Source: a virus
Taxonomy: Duplodnaviria; Caudoviricetes
Reading direction: 5' to 3' (one strand)
DNA: 37,567 nt
IMG/VR virus record: IMGVR_UViG_3300020044_002757
Coordinates: 1-37,567 of that record
Every line of letters begins with the position of its first letter. The stretch's first letter is position 1. Made by a program: the position numbers and the translations under genes. Below the pieces are notes generated by a model. That model searched no databases, was not told the DNA's origin, and saw nothing but the letters and a program-made list of their open reading frames with translations. Shown in pieces: positions 8,722-18,039 of this stretch.

Positions 8722-10119
8722 TTACAACTCCGCATCAGCACTAAAAGCAATTGCATTATCATCACCTACAACCGAACTTGTAGAGCTAACAAATGTAAAA
8801 GAAATACCCATTGTGTTTAATCCTCCAATACCACTTATTGCTGCGTCATTTGATCTTGAGCTATTTCGCACGTTTGCATTTGCAGCTGATGGGTTATAAG
8901 ATGTTATTATTCCAGGTGTAGCACGTTTTGTAGTTTTAAATAACCAAGTATTACCTCGACACGCATTACCAGCAATGGCTACTTGGCTTAGTCTTAATGC
9001 GTTTGATTCTCCAGCATTTTGAGCAGGAGCAGTTCCAATTGGAAATGTACTTTCATAATACCTCTGACACAAAGTTAACTCAGTTCCATAAGGTCTGTAA
9101 TCAAAGCTAGTTGCTGTTGAGCCTTTTTCTAACTGTACACCTGTGATGTAGAAGTCTGCATTAAGTGTTGCAATAAGATTTACAGCACCAGTTGCGCCAA
9201 TGTAGTTAACACCAGCCCATGCGCCAGCAGTGCCACTTAATGTTGCTCCCGCACCCATAGCAAAGGTTACATAAATGCCAACCCCGTTGGTGGTAAGCCA
9301 TGTGCCTGTTGTATCTCCTGCAATTGTTATCGACTTTTGCTCCCAAGTATTAGCCACAGAAATTGTAAAAGTAAATGGGTAACTACGGTCTCCTGCGCTG
9401 TTCCTTAAAGAGCCGCCAAATGTACCGGTGGTTGAACTGCGACACCAAAAAGATAGTGTGACTGTTGCGGCAGATGCCGTCCCCCATGCTAAATCTGCAA
9501 CATTTAATCCTTCTATTGGTTGGGCCAAAATTGCGTATTCTGTTGCGCCTAGTGATGCATCAGCGGTTGTTGTTAGATACTTAGTTGAGTTTATAAAACC
9601 AGCGGGGGCAGTAGTTGTTTGTTGAGCAGAAAATGCTCCTGTCGAGTTTGCAAAAGAAAGTTTAAATCTATCAACAGGAAAAGAATCGTTTGTAGTAACT
9701 GCCGTAGTTCCTCGTTGAGCAACCATCATTGCACCATTGATAATGCGATTTTTAAAACCATAATAACCAGTTGTTGTACCTATACCACCATCAGCTTCTG
9801 TTAGTAAAAATGTTGAATCTAATGAATTAACACTTACAGTACCTTGACTAGGTGCAATTACTTGTGTATTAGGGCTTGTGTAATACACATAAATATTATT
9901 AGTGCCACTTAATGGGGCAGAAGTAAATGTAATTGTATTACCATTTACTGTATAAGCAGAAGAAGGATTCTGCGCTACGTTATTAATTGTTACTTGAACC
10001 TGTGCAACAGATGCTACAGGTCTTGACAATGTAAACGCTGTTGTAGAACCATTACCACTGAAGTAATCAATGGCAGGTGTAAATGATTGTGTTGTTGCTG
10101 TATTACCAATATATGCCAT
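8722..10119 (-). CDS. Tail fibre protein with carbohydrate-binding-like C-terminal domain (MAYIGN type)
   Basis: FKNRIINGAMMVAQRG...VDRF...GVQLEKGSTATSFDYRPYGTELTLCQRYY. Confidence 0.8.
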   Translation of the reverse strand: MAYIGNTATTQSFTPAIDYFSGNGSTTAFTLSRPVASVAQVQVTINNVAQNPSSAYTVNGNTITFTSAPLSGTNNIYVYYTSPNTQVIAPSQGTVSVNSLDSTFLLTEADGGIGTTTGYYGFKNRIINGAMMVAQRGTTAVTTNDSFPVDRFKLSFANSTGAFSAQQTTTAPAGFINSTKYLTTTADASLGATEYAILAQPIEGLNVADLAWGTASAATVTLSFWCRSSTTGTFGGSLRNSAGDRSYPFTFTISVANTWEQKSITIAGDTTGTWLTTNGVGIYVTFAMGAGATLSGTAGAWAGVNYIGATGAVNLIATLNADFYITGVQLEKGSTATSFDYRPYGTELTLCQRYYESTFPIGTAPAQNAGESNALRLSQVAIAGNACRGNTWLFKTTKRATPGIITSYNPSAANANVRNSSRSNDAAISGIGGLNTMGISFTFVSSTSSVVGDDNAIAFSADAEL

Positions 10120-10127
10120 GGTTAACC

Positions 10128-10454
10128 TCAGGCAATGTTAAGTACAGATGTTACAACGTCAATAGAAGATGCAGCAGAAGATACTACCTTAAGAGTATCA
10201 CTAGTTGTTAATACTACTTTCTGATCTCCACCAACAATAACTAATGCACCGCCTACTGGTACTGTAGCACCTTTAATTAAGTAATAATCTACAGCAGATC
10301 TTGAGACATATGCGTCTACTGTAACTGGACTTGTAGTTGTATTGGCACATGACATACCAATAACAGTTGTTTGAGTTGATGCAGCAACAGTAACTACCGT
10401 TGCAGCAGATGTACCTACGGATTTATTAGCGTAAGATGTGAATGTATTTGCCAT
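10128..10454 (-). CDS. Small fibre hub/connector protein (MANTF type)
   Basis: 108-aa all-beta protein between an -AIALG fibre gene and the MxYIGN fibre genes. Confidence 0.65.
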   Translation of the reverse strand: MANTFTSYANKSVGTSAATVVTVAASTQTTVIGMSCANTTTSPVTVDAYVSRSAVDYYLIKGATVPVGGALVIVGGDQKVVLTTSDTLKVVSSAASSIDVVTSVLNIA

Positions 10455-10466
10455 TTTTGTTCCTTA

Positions 10467-11162
10467 TTATCCAAGTGCAATAGCCATAGCTACTGCCGCA
10501 CCTGCTGCATCGAAGTCTGTTGTTGAAGCTAAAGCCGCAGTACCTAAACCTAAATTAGCCCTAGCTGTAGGGACATCACCAAGGTCACTTAAATTATTAT
10601 TTCTGAATGCGTATATTGTATCTGTACCCGCAGCTTTAACACCTAAATTAGTTCTTGCTGTAGCTACATTAGATAAGTCACTGAGGTTATTAGTGCGGTA
10701 TGTGTATGTTGTGTCAGAGCCTGTAGCTGTAACACCTAAATTAGTTCTTGCTGTTGATATTGATATTAAGTCACCAAGATTATTGGTAGCTATTAATGCG
10801 CCTGAACCAGGAGCCTCTGTATATGCTGCAGTCCAATATGTACCTGTGTACACTCTCATGCCTTGCATACCAGAATCTACTGTTCCATCATTATAGTATA
10901 ATGCACCTTTTAATAACGCATTACCATCATTATCTAACGTTGGGTCTGTTGTTTTAGAGCCAAGGTATCTGTCATCAAAAGAATCATAAGCATTAACAGC
11001 TAATGTGGCAGATGCCGCAGCTTGAGATGCACTAAGTGCAGCAGCAGCGGCTTCAGCAGCAGATAGAATAACATATGTACTATTACTACTTACGTCAGGT
11101 GCATCATATTCTCCACCTGCAGATATGTTGCTGACTGAGCCAGCGGATGTATTATAACCCAT
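10467..11162 (-). CDS. Proximal tail fibre protein ending -AIALG
   Basis: FDDRYLGSK..DPTLDNDGNAL..GALYY motif; three NNLxDL....ARxNLG repeats. Confidence 0.75.
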   Translation of the reverse strand: MGYNTSAGSVSNISAGGEYDAPDVSSNSTYVILSAAEAAAAALSASQAAASATLAVNAYDSFDDRYLGSKTTDPTLDNDGNALLKGALYYNDGTVDSGMQGMRVYTGTYWTAAYTEAPGSGALIATNNLGDLISISTARTNLGVTATGSDTTYTYRTNNLSDLSNVATARTNLGVKAAGTDTIYAFRNNNLSDLGDVPTARANLGLGTAALASTTDFDAAGAAVAMAIALG

Positions 11163-11173
11163 TACATATCTCC

Positions 11174-12085
11174 TTAGATTAATCCGTTAGTATTAAAGTT
11201 AACTTGTACGTTACCACCAAGTGCTCTTCGCCATTTTTCTTCTTTGTTCATTGATACAAGTGTTTCAAAGAATTTCTTTTCATAACGTTGTTCCATAGCC
11301 TGATCAAACATGTATGCTCCAAGGTTATATAAACCTCCAAACAATACTAATCGTTCATTACTATCTCTGAGCCAATTAGATACTTCTTTACCTATATACA
11401 TCTTAGTTGTTACTGTTGGATCATATACATATGCATCACCATAATTGGCAAAACATTTAGTAACACTATTCTTAGTTGAGAAATAAAGGTTAGTTCCACC
11501 AGTAGTAACTAATTCTAAATATGGTTGTAATGAATCACTAAGACCAATAAGATAGTTAATAGGTGTTACATCATAGAGTGCATCTAATGCAGGTAGTCTA
11601 CGATAGTAGTGAATCTCTACTTGAGCACCTACGGCTAATTGTGGATGAATAAATATTTTATTATCTTGCCACATCCAGTTATATACTGAATATTTTTCTG
11701 CGTATAAGTCAAAAAAAGATCTGCTATCAGTTATCTCATTAAACATAATACTTACATTAGAAGGATAACTGTTATAAGATGTTCCTGTACCTGTTTGGGG
11801 TACTGTTCTTATGTAAATAAATTGTGTTAAATCTTCAGGTATAGTGAATGCTGTATAAGAATTACCATAAGGCATCTCTACACTATTCTCTCCTGAATTA
11901 TCCCCTGCTTCAACTGTATAAATAACAGTTGATTCTAATGGGGGTATTCTTAATTGTCTGTAGCATTCATCAGCAGAATAAGAAAGGCAATCCTGAATTA
12001 CGCTGTCGGGAATAGTTGCTACTTCGGGTTTATTACTCCAGTCTCTTATTTTGCCGACTAATTCGTCAAATTTAGGTGTTGCCAT
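11174..12085 (-). CDS. Head-tail adaptor (SU10 adaptor/tail tubular A-like)
   Basis: IRDWSN...CYRQLRIPPLE...YYRRLPAL...NWLRD; position after capsid genes. Confidence 0.7.
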   Translation of the reverse strand: MATPKFDELVGKIRDWSNKPEVATIPDSVIQDCLSYSADECYRQLRIPPLESTVIYTVEAGDNSGENSVEMPYGNSYTAFTIPEDLTQFIYIRTVPQTGTGTSYNSYPSNVSIMFNEITDSRSFFDLYAEKYSVYNWMWQDNKIFIHPQLAVGAQVEIHYYRRLPALDALYDVTPINYLIGLSDSLQPYLELVTTGGTNLYFSTKNSVTKCFANYGDAYVYDPTVTTKMYIGKEVSNWLRDSNERLVLFGGLYNLGAYMFDQAMEQRYEKKFFETLVSMNKEEKWRRALGGNVQVNFNTNGLI

Positions 12086-12095
12086 ATGTGTTTCC

Positions 12096-12419
12096 TTATA
12101 AAGCTTTTACATTACTCGTTTTAAGTAATGGATAATCTGATTCAATAACTTGTTTTAATTTTCTTAGATTAGCTGGATCTTGCATAAACTCAGGGGCATG
12201 TACATCTAAACCATGTTTAGTTAATATGTCAATAGCTACAATATCAGGGATAATAGCAAATGATCTATACCTACGACCATTATGAGAGATCTCATCTAAT
12301 TCCCTTTGTTTAGCAGCATAATCTTTATATCCTGCTACATCCTGTTCTAATTGAAAATTTTTTTCGTCTGTTTTTACAACAAAGCTTTTAGCATTGTTTT
12401 CTTGTGATAAAAATCCCAT
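12096..12419 (-). CDS. Conserved hypothetical protein of the head module
   Basis: RSFAIIPDIVAIDI motif; GAGGA RBS. Confidence 0.7.
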   Translation of the reverse strand: MGFLSQENNAKSFVVKTDEKNFQLEQDVAGYKDYAAKQRELDEISHNGRRYRSFAIIPDIVAIDILTKHGLDVHAPEFMQDPANLRKLKQVIESDYPLLKTSNVKAL

Positions 12420-12431
12420 GTGTCCTCTTAA

Positions 12432-12719
12432 TTAATTTCGTAGTGCTGTGGAGAATGCACCGTCAATAGTGAAGCAACCATACTCATATAGGATACCTCC
12501 AGCGGCATATGCGCTTACTGCTGTTACTACTAATGCACCAGCTGTAGCATTAGCACCATCATAATATTTAACTTGACTGATACGACCACGAGTTACGTTA
12601 GGTGCTCTATAATTAGAGCCAGCATCTGCACCATCAGCAGTAGTAGCAATATTAACAACGTAGTTATCAGGAATATATTGACGAGTACCGTCTGTTGCTG
12701 TAATTCTTAGAAATTCCAT
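12432..12719 (-). CDS. Hypothetical virion protein
   Basis: AAGGA RBS; immediately downstream of the capsid gene. Confidence 0.65.
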   Translation of the reverse strand: MEFLRITATDGTRQYIPDNYVVNIATTADGADAGSNYRAPNVTRGRISQVKYYDGANATAGALVVTAVSAYAAGGILYEYGCFTIDGAFSTALRN

Positions 12720-12737
12720 TTGTGTTCCTTATAAATT

Positions 12738-12770
12738 AAAAAGGGAAGTAAGGTTTCCCTCACCTCCCTT
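12738..12770 (-). terminator. Rho-independent terminator after the capsid gene
   Basis: AAGGGAGGTGAGG-GAAA-CCTTACTTCCCTT followed by T-rich tail on the minus strand. Confidence 0.85.
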
Positions 12771-12794
12771 TAAAGGTTAGTTACCGACTACTGA

Positions 12795-13910
12795 TTAAGC
12801 GCCAGATAAACCAAAGATCATACCGCAACCCTTAGGATTACGGCACTCTAGTGTACCTTCTTCAACGATCTGACCGATGATAGAATCACCTAACTGACCT
12901 AAATCAACCTCTTGTAGAGGACGTAAGGAAGCAAAGCTGAACCACATTGGATCATATAAGAACGCAGTAAAGTTAGCGGTATCATTTAAACCAGAAACGG
13001 TAGTATTAGAAATACCCATTACGTAGTTAGGAACAACCATGATGTCACCGAAGTCAGACATGTAGATTTCTACTGACTGGCGTAGTTTACCATCTTGGTC
13101 AATGTTACGTCTAACGTTACCATCACCAGCATTGCTTGAGCTAGAGCCTGCAGACTGTGCCTTAGCAGAGAATACACGACGGTTAGCAGGAGAAAGCATT
13201 AGCTTAGTAGCCTTACCACCGTTTTCATAAATACCTTGCATAACAGTATCAACGTGTGATAATGTTAAACTGTTTTTATCAGCACCAGTAACAGTAGTGA
13301 AAGTACCAGCAATACCACCGCCTGGGTTAGTAGGAGCAGTGTATTCAGCAGTAGTAGTTAATACGTTAAGTGCTGTAGCAGGGGTAGTAGTAGCTGCAGT
13401 GTAGTTAACCCATGCTTGGTAACCACCAAATGTACGAGTACCAGAACCGTTAGAGCTATTCCAGCTGTTAACTAAGTCGAACTCAACGTCACGACGTAGT
13501 TCAGTACCACGCTTTTTGAGCTGATATGCGTATTCATCAGCAACACCAGCCTGATCAACAGCACGCTTAGTACCAGTAACAGTAACAGACTTGCTGTTAA
13601 TCTGTGTGTAGTTACCTAAACGAGTACGATAAGGTTCTGTTGCTTGAGCAGCAGCTTGAGTAGCGTATGAGATACCTTCAGCAACTGCAGTAGATGCAGG
13701 AGGAGCTAACTCGTCAGTTTGCCATTCGTGGAAAACAGCGGTAGCTTTAGTTTTACCAATAGATGACATGAAGGGAGTTTCATCTCTAGAAATCATAGAG
13801 ATGAAGTTTGCTAGGTCTTCACGTTCACCTGCGTTTACTGCGTTACCAGTAGCACTTGAGCTACGTGCAGCAGCCTTAGGGCCGCCTGTAGCGAATGTTT
13901 GAATTGCCAT
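12795..13910 (-). CDS. Major capsid protein (SU10/DUF5309-like)
   Basis: REDLANFISMISRDETPF...HEWQTDEL...RLGNYTQI...YQLKKRGTELRRDVE; follows the scaffold. Confidence 0.9.
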   Translation of the reverse strand: MAIQTFATGGPKAAARSSSATGNAVNAGEREDLANFISMISRDETPFMSSIGKTKATAVFHEWQTDELAPPASTAVAEGISYATQAAAQATEPYRTRLGNYTQINSKSVTVTGTKRAVDQAGVADEYAYQLKKRGTELRRDVEFDLVNSWNSSNGSGTRTFGGYQAWVNYTAATTTPATALNVLTTTAEYTAPTNPGGGIAGTFTTVTGADKNSLTLSHVDTVMQGIYENGGKATKLMLSPANRRVFSAKAQSAGSSSSNAGDGNVRRNIDQDGKLRQSVEIYMSDFGDIMVVPNYVMGISNTTVSGLNDTANFTAFLYDPMWFSFASLRPLQEVDLGQLGDSIIGQIVEEGTLECRNPKGCGMIFGLSGA

Positions 13911-13941
13911 TTTATTTATTCCTTAATAGTGAGAATTTAAA

Positions 13942-15084
13942 TCAAAGTTTTTTGCTCACTGAAGAAATACGTTTTAGAAAATCTAATTCGTCTTGTTTAG
14001 ATCCTTGACCAGAAAGAACTTTAGAACGGTTGTTAGTGTTGTTCTGCTGCTCCTTTTGGGATGTCGAAGTTCCCTTTTTAGAGGGTATCGATTTTACCGA
14101 TGGGGCTGCTTTACGTTTCACTTCACCTGTTTCCTTAGCTGTTTTTAGTTTACGATAATCATTAATAAATTTAACTACAACTGGATCATATACTTGATTC
14201 AACAATTCTTCTGGTAAGCCTTCTTTAAGGGCAAACTCTCTAATGCTTGTAGCTACTTTTTCTGAATAGTCAGGAATATAAGTTGTTATTTTCTCTTCGT
14301 ATTCTTTAAGTAGATTAGCTTGATACTCTTGTTGTTGAACCTGTAGTTGTTCCATTACTGCGTTTGTTTTAGATTCACGGCTATTCCGTGCATTCCAATA
14401 CTTCTCTTGCACCACTTCAAGTTGGTCTCTTAGTTCACGAGCAGTGTATGTGTCACCTGTCTCACGAGCTTTATCCATTTCGGACTTGACTTTATGATAC
14501 TCTTTAGCAAGATTAGTTTCAACCGCAGTTAGTTCTTGATTGATTACTGTTCCTAAGCGAATTACTTCTTGTAGTTTTTCGCTTCTTTCTTGTTCGACCT
14601 GTTTCTTCAGTTCGCCTAGTTCACGCCCCTTTTGAGATAGATGTTTGTCAGTAGAATAACCCTTACGGATTTCTTCTAGGGATACATACTCTGTTTTACC
14701 GTCAACGGTTACAGGTACTTTATATTCCCAATCAATATCTTCTTCAGAAGGTAGTTCAGAGTTTTGGGTAGACGTATCATCCTCATCTTTACTTTCTTCT
14801 TCAGCCTCTGCTGATTCTTTCTCTTCATCTAGGTCATTGTCAGAATTCTCATCGTTCTCTTGGGCTTCTTTTTCTTCCGATGATTCATCTGGATTTGGGA
14901 CGCTTAAGTCTTCTTCTGGTAGAGATTTTTTGTCTTTCAAACCCAACAGTAATGCTGCTGGGGAATTACGTAGAATGTCATCAAGACTCTTTGCTTCCAA
15001 ATCTGCACTATAACTTCCGTCATCAAAATCCTGACTCGATACATTTGAGGCAGGGGTATTGGTAGAGAGTTGTTGTAGATTCAT
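13942..15084 (-). CDS. Capsid scaffolding protein
   Basis: Very acidic N-half, VTVDGKTEYVSLEEIRKGY motif, coiled coil; lies between portal and capsid. Confidence 0.85.
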   Translation of the reverse strand: MNLQQLSTNTPASNVSSQDFDDGSYSADLEAKSLDDILRNSPAALLLGLKDKKSLPEEDLSVPNPDESSEEKEAQENDENSDNDLDEEKESAEAEEESKDEDDTSTQNSELPSEEDIDWEYKVPVTVDGKTEYVSLEEIRKGYSTDKHLSQKGRELGELKKQVEQERSEKLQEVIRLGTVINQELTAVETNLAKEYHKVKSEMDKARETGDTYTARELRDQLEVVQEKYWNARNSRESKTNAVMEQLQVQQQEYQANLLKEYEEKITTYIPDYSEKVATSIREFALKEGLPEELLNQVYDPVVVKFINDYRKLKTAKETGEVKRKAAPSVKSIPSKKGTSTSQKEQQNNTNNRSKVLSGQGSKQDELDFLKRISSVSKKL

Positions 15085-15106
15085 AATTTATTTACCTTTG
15101 TGTCCA

Positions 15107-15361
15107 TTAAGCTGCTACAGCAGCCTTCTTAGCAGCCTTAGCTGCCGCCATCTTTTCAGCAAAGTCTTCTTTGCCAGCTTCTTTTTTAGGTTGATTATCA
15201 ATACGATCAACAGCCTCAATAGCTTCTTGTAGATGGACTAGAATAGGTGCATAACGTTGGGCTAAGCCACTACCGCCATTCTCACCTGCTCTTACTAACT
15301 CACGTAGAATTTCTTCTCGTGAACGAATTAATACTTCTTTTGCACCTGAATATTTACTCAT
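15107..15361 (-). CDS. Hypothetical protein
   Basis: Coupled ORF; Ala/Lys-rich C-terminus. Confidence 0.65.
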   Translation of the reverse strand: MSKYSGAKEVLIRSREEILRELVRAGENGGSGLAQRYAPILVHLQEAIEAVDRIDNQPKKEAGKEDFAEKMAAAKAAKKAAVAA

Positions 15362-15725
15362 TGTTACCTTCTTCTTTATCCCCTTCTTGGGATTCTTGTT
15401 TAATTTTGTTCATGTATTTAATGTTATTACCGTACATTTCGATACCAATTAGTTTCTCTTTAACAGAACCTAATGCCATAGCTGTGTGATAAAGAAACTC
15501 ACGTTCTTTAGAACAATGAGGCTCTGTCTTAAGCCATGTAACAAAGAGATCAGCTAAGATCTCACCGTATGCGTCACCAAAAAACTGTTCTCTTTCACGT
15601 ACTGAAAACTCAGCCTTTCCGAGAGCTACTTGTGCATCCCGGAAAGGTTCAATTTTGTACTCACCAGTATCATGGTTCATTTTTGGTTTGACTCTTCTTT
15701 CAAACCCATCTTTATATTTATCCAT
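15354..15725 (-). CDS. Conserved hypothetical protein downstream of portal
   Basis: AAGGA RBS; WLKTEPH...REFLY..AMALG. Confidence 0.7.
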   Translation of the reverse strand: MDKYKDGFERRVKPKMNHDTGEYKIEPFRDAQVALGKAEFSVREREQFFGDAYGEILADLFVTWLKTEPHCSKEREFLYHTAMALGSVKEKLIGIEMYGNNIKYMNKIKQESQEGDKEEGNNE

Positions 15726-15731
15726 ATCCTA

Positions 15732-17981
15732 TTACTGTGGTTGTGGCATCTCTGCCGCTGGTCCTTGAGGTTGAGGTGTCTCTACACCATTAGCTGGTCT
15801 AGACGCATCCCCATGGGAAGTTGATTCAATAAATTCTTTAGCCATAGCTAATAGAGCTTTAATATCAGGTTGTTTAGGTGGATCAACACCTTCTTTAGCT
15901 GCTTGAATATAAATCTTGCCCCACTCTTGGTAGGACTTATCTAATGCAACCATAAGTTGTTTTGTATTATCTTGTAAAGCATTCTTAGCTTGAACGTTAG
16001 TTAAGTCAACTGTTGCTTGTCTTTGAGCAAGGTCAATCCGCTTAGCTTGTTCTTCGAGTTGTTTCATTTTCTCGTTAGCTATTTGTTCTGCTTTCTTAGA
16101 TTCTTCTGCTTTCTGTTTAAAGTCAGGTGCTGTATAATCAACAAGGAAATCTAATGGATCAAGATCCATAGCTTCAAGTGTCTTACATGCAATGCGTACT
16201 GCTGCTTCTGGATTGATAGCACCACCTGCACCAGCTTGAATTAAAGCGGGTAACAGTTGTTGACCAACCATAGACATCTTCTTAACAACGTTACTATTAC
16301 TGTTTTCACCTACATCAGCATCAATATACATAAGCATATTGCTGGGTAATGTTGAAGGATCAACAGATTTAAATACATCATTTTGATCAGCATACTTAAT
16401 TACTTTACCACGTAATTTAATTCGCATTGTACGATATATACCATCACATAAACGTTTAAATCCTGTCTCAGCAAATCTACGTGCCATAAATTGAATACGT
16501 ACTTGTGCTGCAGACATAGCTTTCTGCATCTTCTCTTCACTGTTTCCTGATACATACAACGTATCATTCAAACCTTGAGCAGCTTTACCTAAACCAGTAG
16601 CCTGTTCCTTATGAACTTGTAATAGTTCTAAAATAGGAACTGTTCCGGGACTAATAGTATCAGGTGTCAATGAAGACACAGCTGTCATTGGGTTTCCGTT
16701 AGTAGCAATAATTTGTTTTGGCTTCATATTCTGAAGCGCACTAAAGTCTACTACATTAGGATCAGCTAATTTAGGTGCATAGTTAGTTAAGTAAACGTTT
16801 TCAATGAATCCACGCATAATAGCTGTGGTTGCTAACGTAGATGGGCGTACCATATCTGCAACACTGAGTCCGAAGAATTCGTGTGGTACTTCAAATGGGC
16901 ATAGTACTGCTAATGGAATCATATCACAATCTTCTTCAAGAAGAATTGTAGATCCAGCAATAATAAAGTGTTTTAACTCAGCAATGCCATCACCATCTCT
17001 GTCTACTCTTAACCAACACTCGATAACAGTAATCTGTCTGTTAGCTTCTGAAGGGAATAGTTCCCTTGAATTTCCCCCTAGCCAGTACTCTTCGCCAACT
17101 AAACGCTTACGAGCTGCTTGCTCTTCGGTGTACTTGGTGGCCCAATCATATGACCCATCACCAATTGCGTCCCAGTCGATGTTCTCTGCTATATCAGGGA
17201 AAAACTTTCTGACCTCTGATCGGGTCATATCAATTTGAATACCTACGAATGCTTTATCGTCAAGGCTGTCACCGTCACGAGTGATACGGAAACATTCTGG
17301 ATGTACATTCTTAATTAGGATTCTTGTTTTATTTGTTTTACGCTTTAATCGAACATTCTTATACACTACCGTCATGGTAGTATTACCTTCATCATCAAAT
17401 CCGGTTTCTTGTTCGTAGTCTAAGTTACCTATTACCTCGATATCCGCATCAGCTAAGATTAAATCAAGGTTTTCTTGGGGAATTGACTCATATTCTTCAA
17501 AACTATAGTCATAATCCTCAATAAATTCCCATCTTACAATACTATTTTTCCATAATAAAGCAGATTTAACCCACGTATTTAGGATTTCCCACCCAGGATT
17601 TTGCTTAAAAATAGCGTAATTTACTAGGTCTGAAGCCACTTTTGCATGATGGTAGTCAGTAGGGGTTTGTCCTGCTGGAAGAAACCTAGCTAATTTGTTA
17701 TTGTTAAACATAAGTTCAGCAATAATAGCTGTATAACCCTCGATAGCCTCTACAGTATCAGAAGATACAATTTGAGACACACCTTGTGGGGTTAAATGGT
17801 ATTGAGGCATCATACCATATTCGTATGTAGCCTTTTGTCTTTCACGAGCTAGGTCAGAACTGTTTAAGAAGTCACCAACAGAGTTCATTACACCCTGTTC
17901 AATCATTGCTAATAGTTCATTATCACCTACTGGCTCCTTATACCTGTCTGTAAAGTGTATAGGAGTTAATGTATTATCCAT
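15732..17981 (-). CDS. Portal protein (SU10/P22-like)
   Basis: About 750 aa; ECWLRVDRDGDGIAEL and PHEFFGLSVAD motifs; start set at MDNTL (AAAGG RBS). Confidence 0.9.
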   Translation of the reverse strand: MDNTLTPIHFTDRYKEPVGDNELLAMIEQGVMNSVGDFLNSSDLARERQKATYEYGMMPQYHLTPQGVSQIVSSDTVEAIEGYTAIIAELMFNNNKLARFLPAGQTPTDYHHAKVASDLVNYAIFKQNPGWEILNTWVKSALLWKNSIVRWEFIEDYDYSFEEYESIPQENLDLILADADIEVIGNLDYEQETGFDDEGNTTMTVVYKNVRLKRKTNKTRILIKNVHPECFRITRDGDSLDDKAFVGIQIDMTRSEVRKFFPDIAENIDWDAIGDGSYDWATKYTEEQAARKRLVGEEYWLGGNSRELFPSEANRQITVIECWLRVDRDGDGIAELKHFIIAGSTILLEEDCDMIPLAVLCPFEVPHEFFGLSVADMVRPSTLATTAIMRGFIENVYLTNYAPKLADPNVVDFSALQNMKPKQIIATNGNPMTAVSSLTPDTISPGTVPILELLQVHKEQATGLGKAAQGLNDTLYVSGNSEEKMQKAMSAAQVRIQFMARRFAETGFKRLCDGIYRTMRIKLRGKVIKYADQNDVFKSVDPSTLPSNMLMYIDADVGENSNSNVVKKMSMVGQQLLPALIQAGAGGAINPEAAVRIACKTLEAMDLDPLDFLVDYTAPDFKQKAEESKKAEQIANEKMKQLEEQAKRIDLAQRQATVDLTNVQAKNALQDNTKQLMVALDKSYQEWGKIYIQAAKEGVDPPKQPDIKALLAMAKEFIESTSHGDASRPANGVETPQPQGPAAEMPQPQ

Positions 17982-18039
17982 TGTTAACCTTTCTTGGTTA
18001 TTCAATCATTCATTCAAGGCCAACAATGACCATTTCTTT

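Noticed and set aside
4215-10119. Diversity-generating retroelement or invertible shufflon acting on the fibre paralogs
   Set aside because: No reverse transcriptase, no TR/VR pair differing only at adenines, no invertase, and all cassettes are co-oriented.
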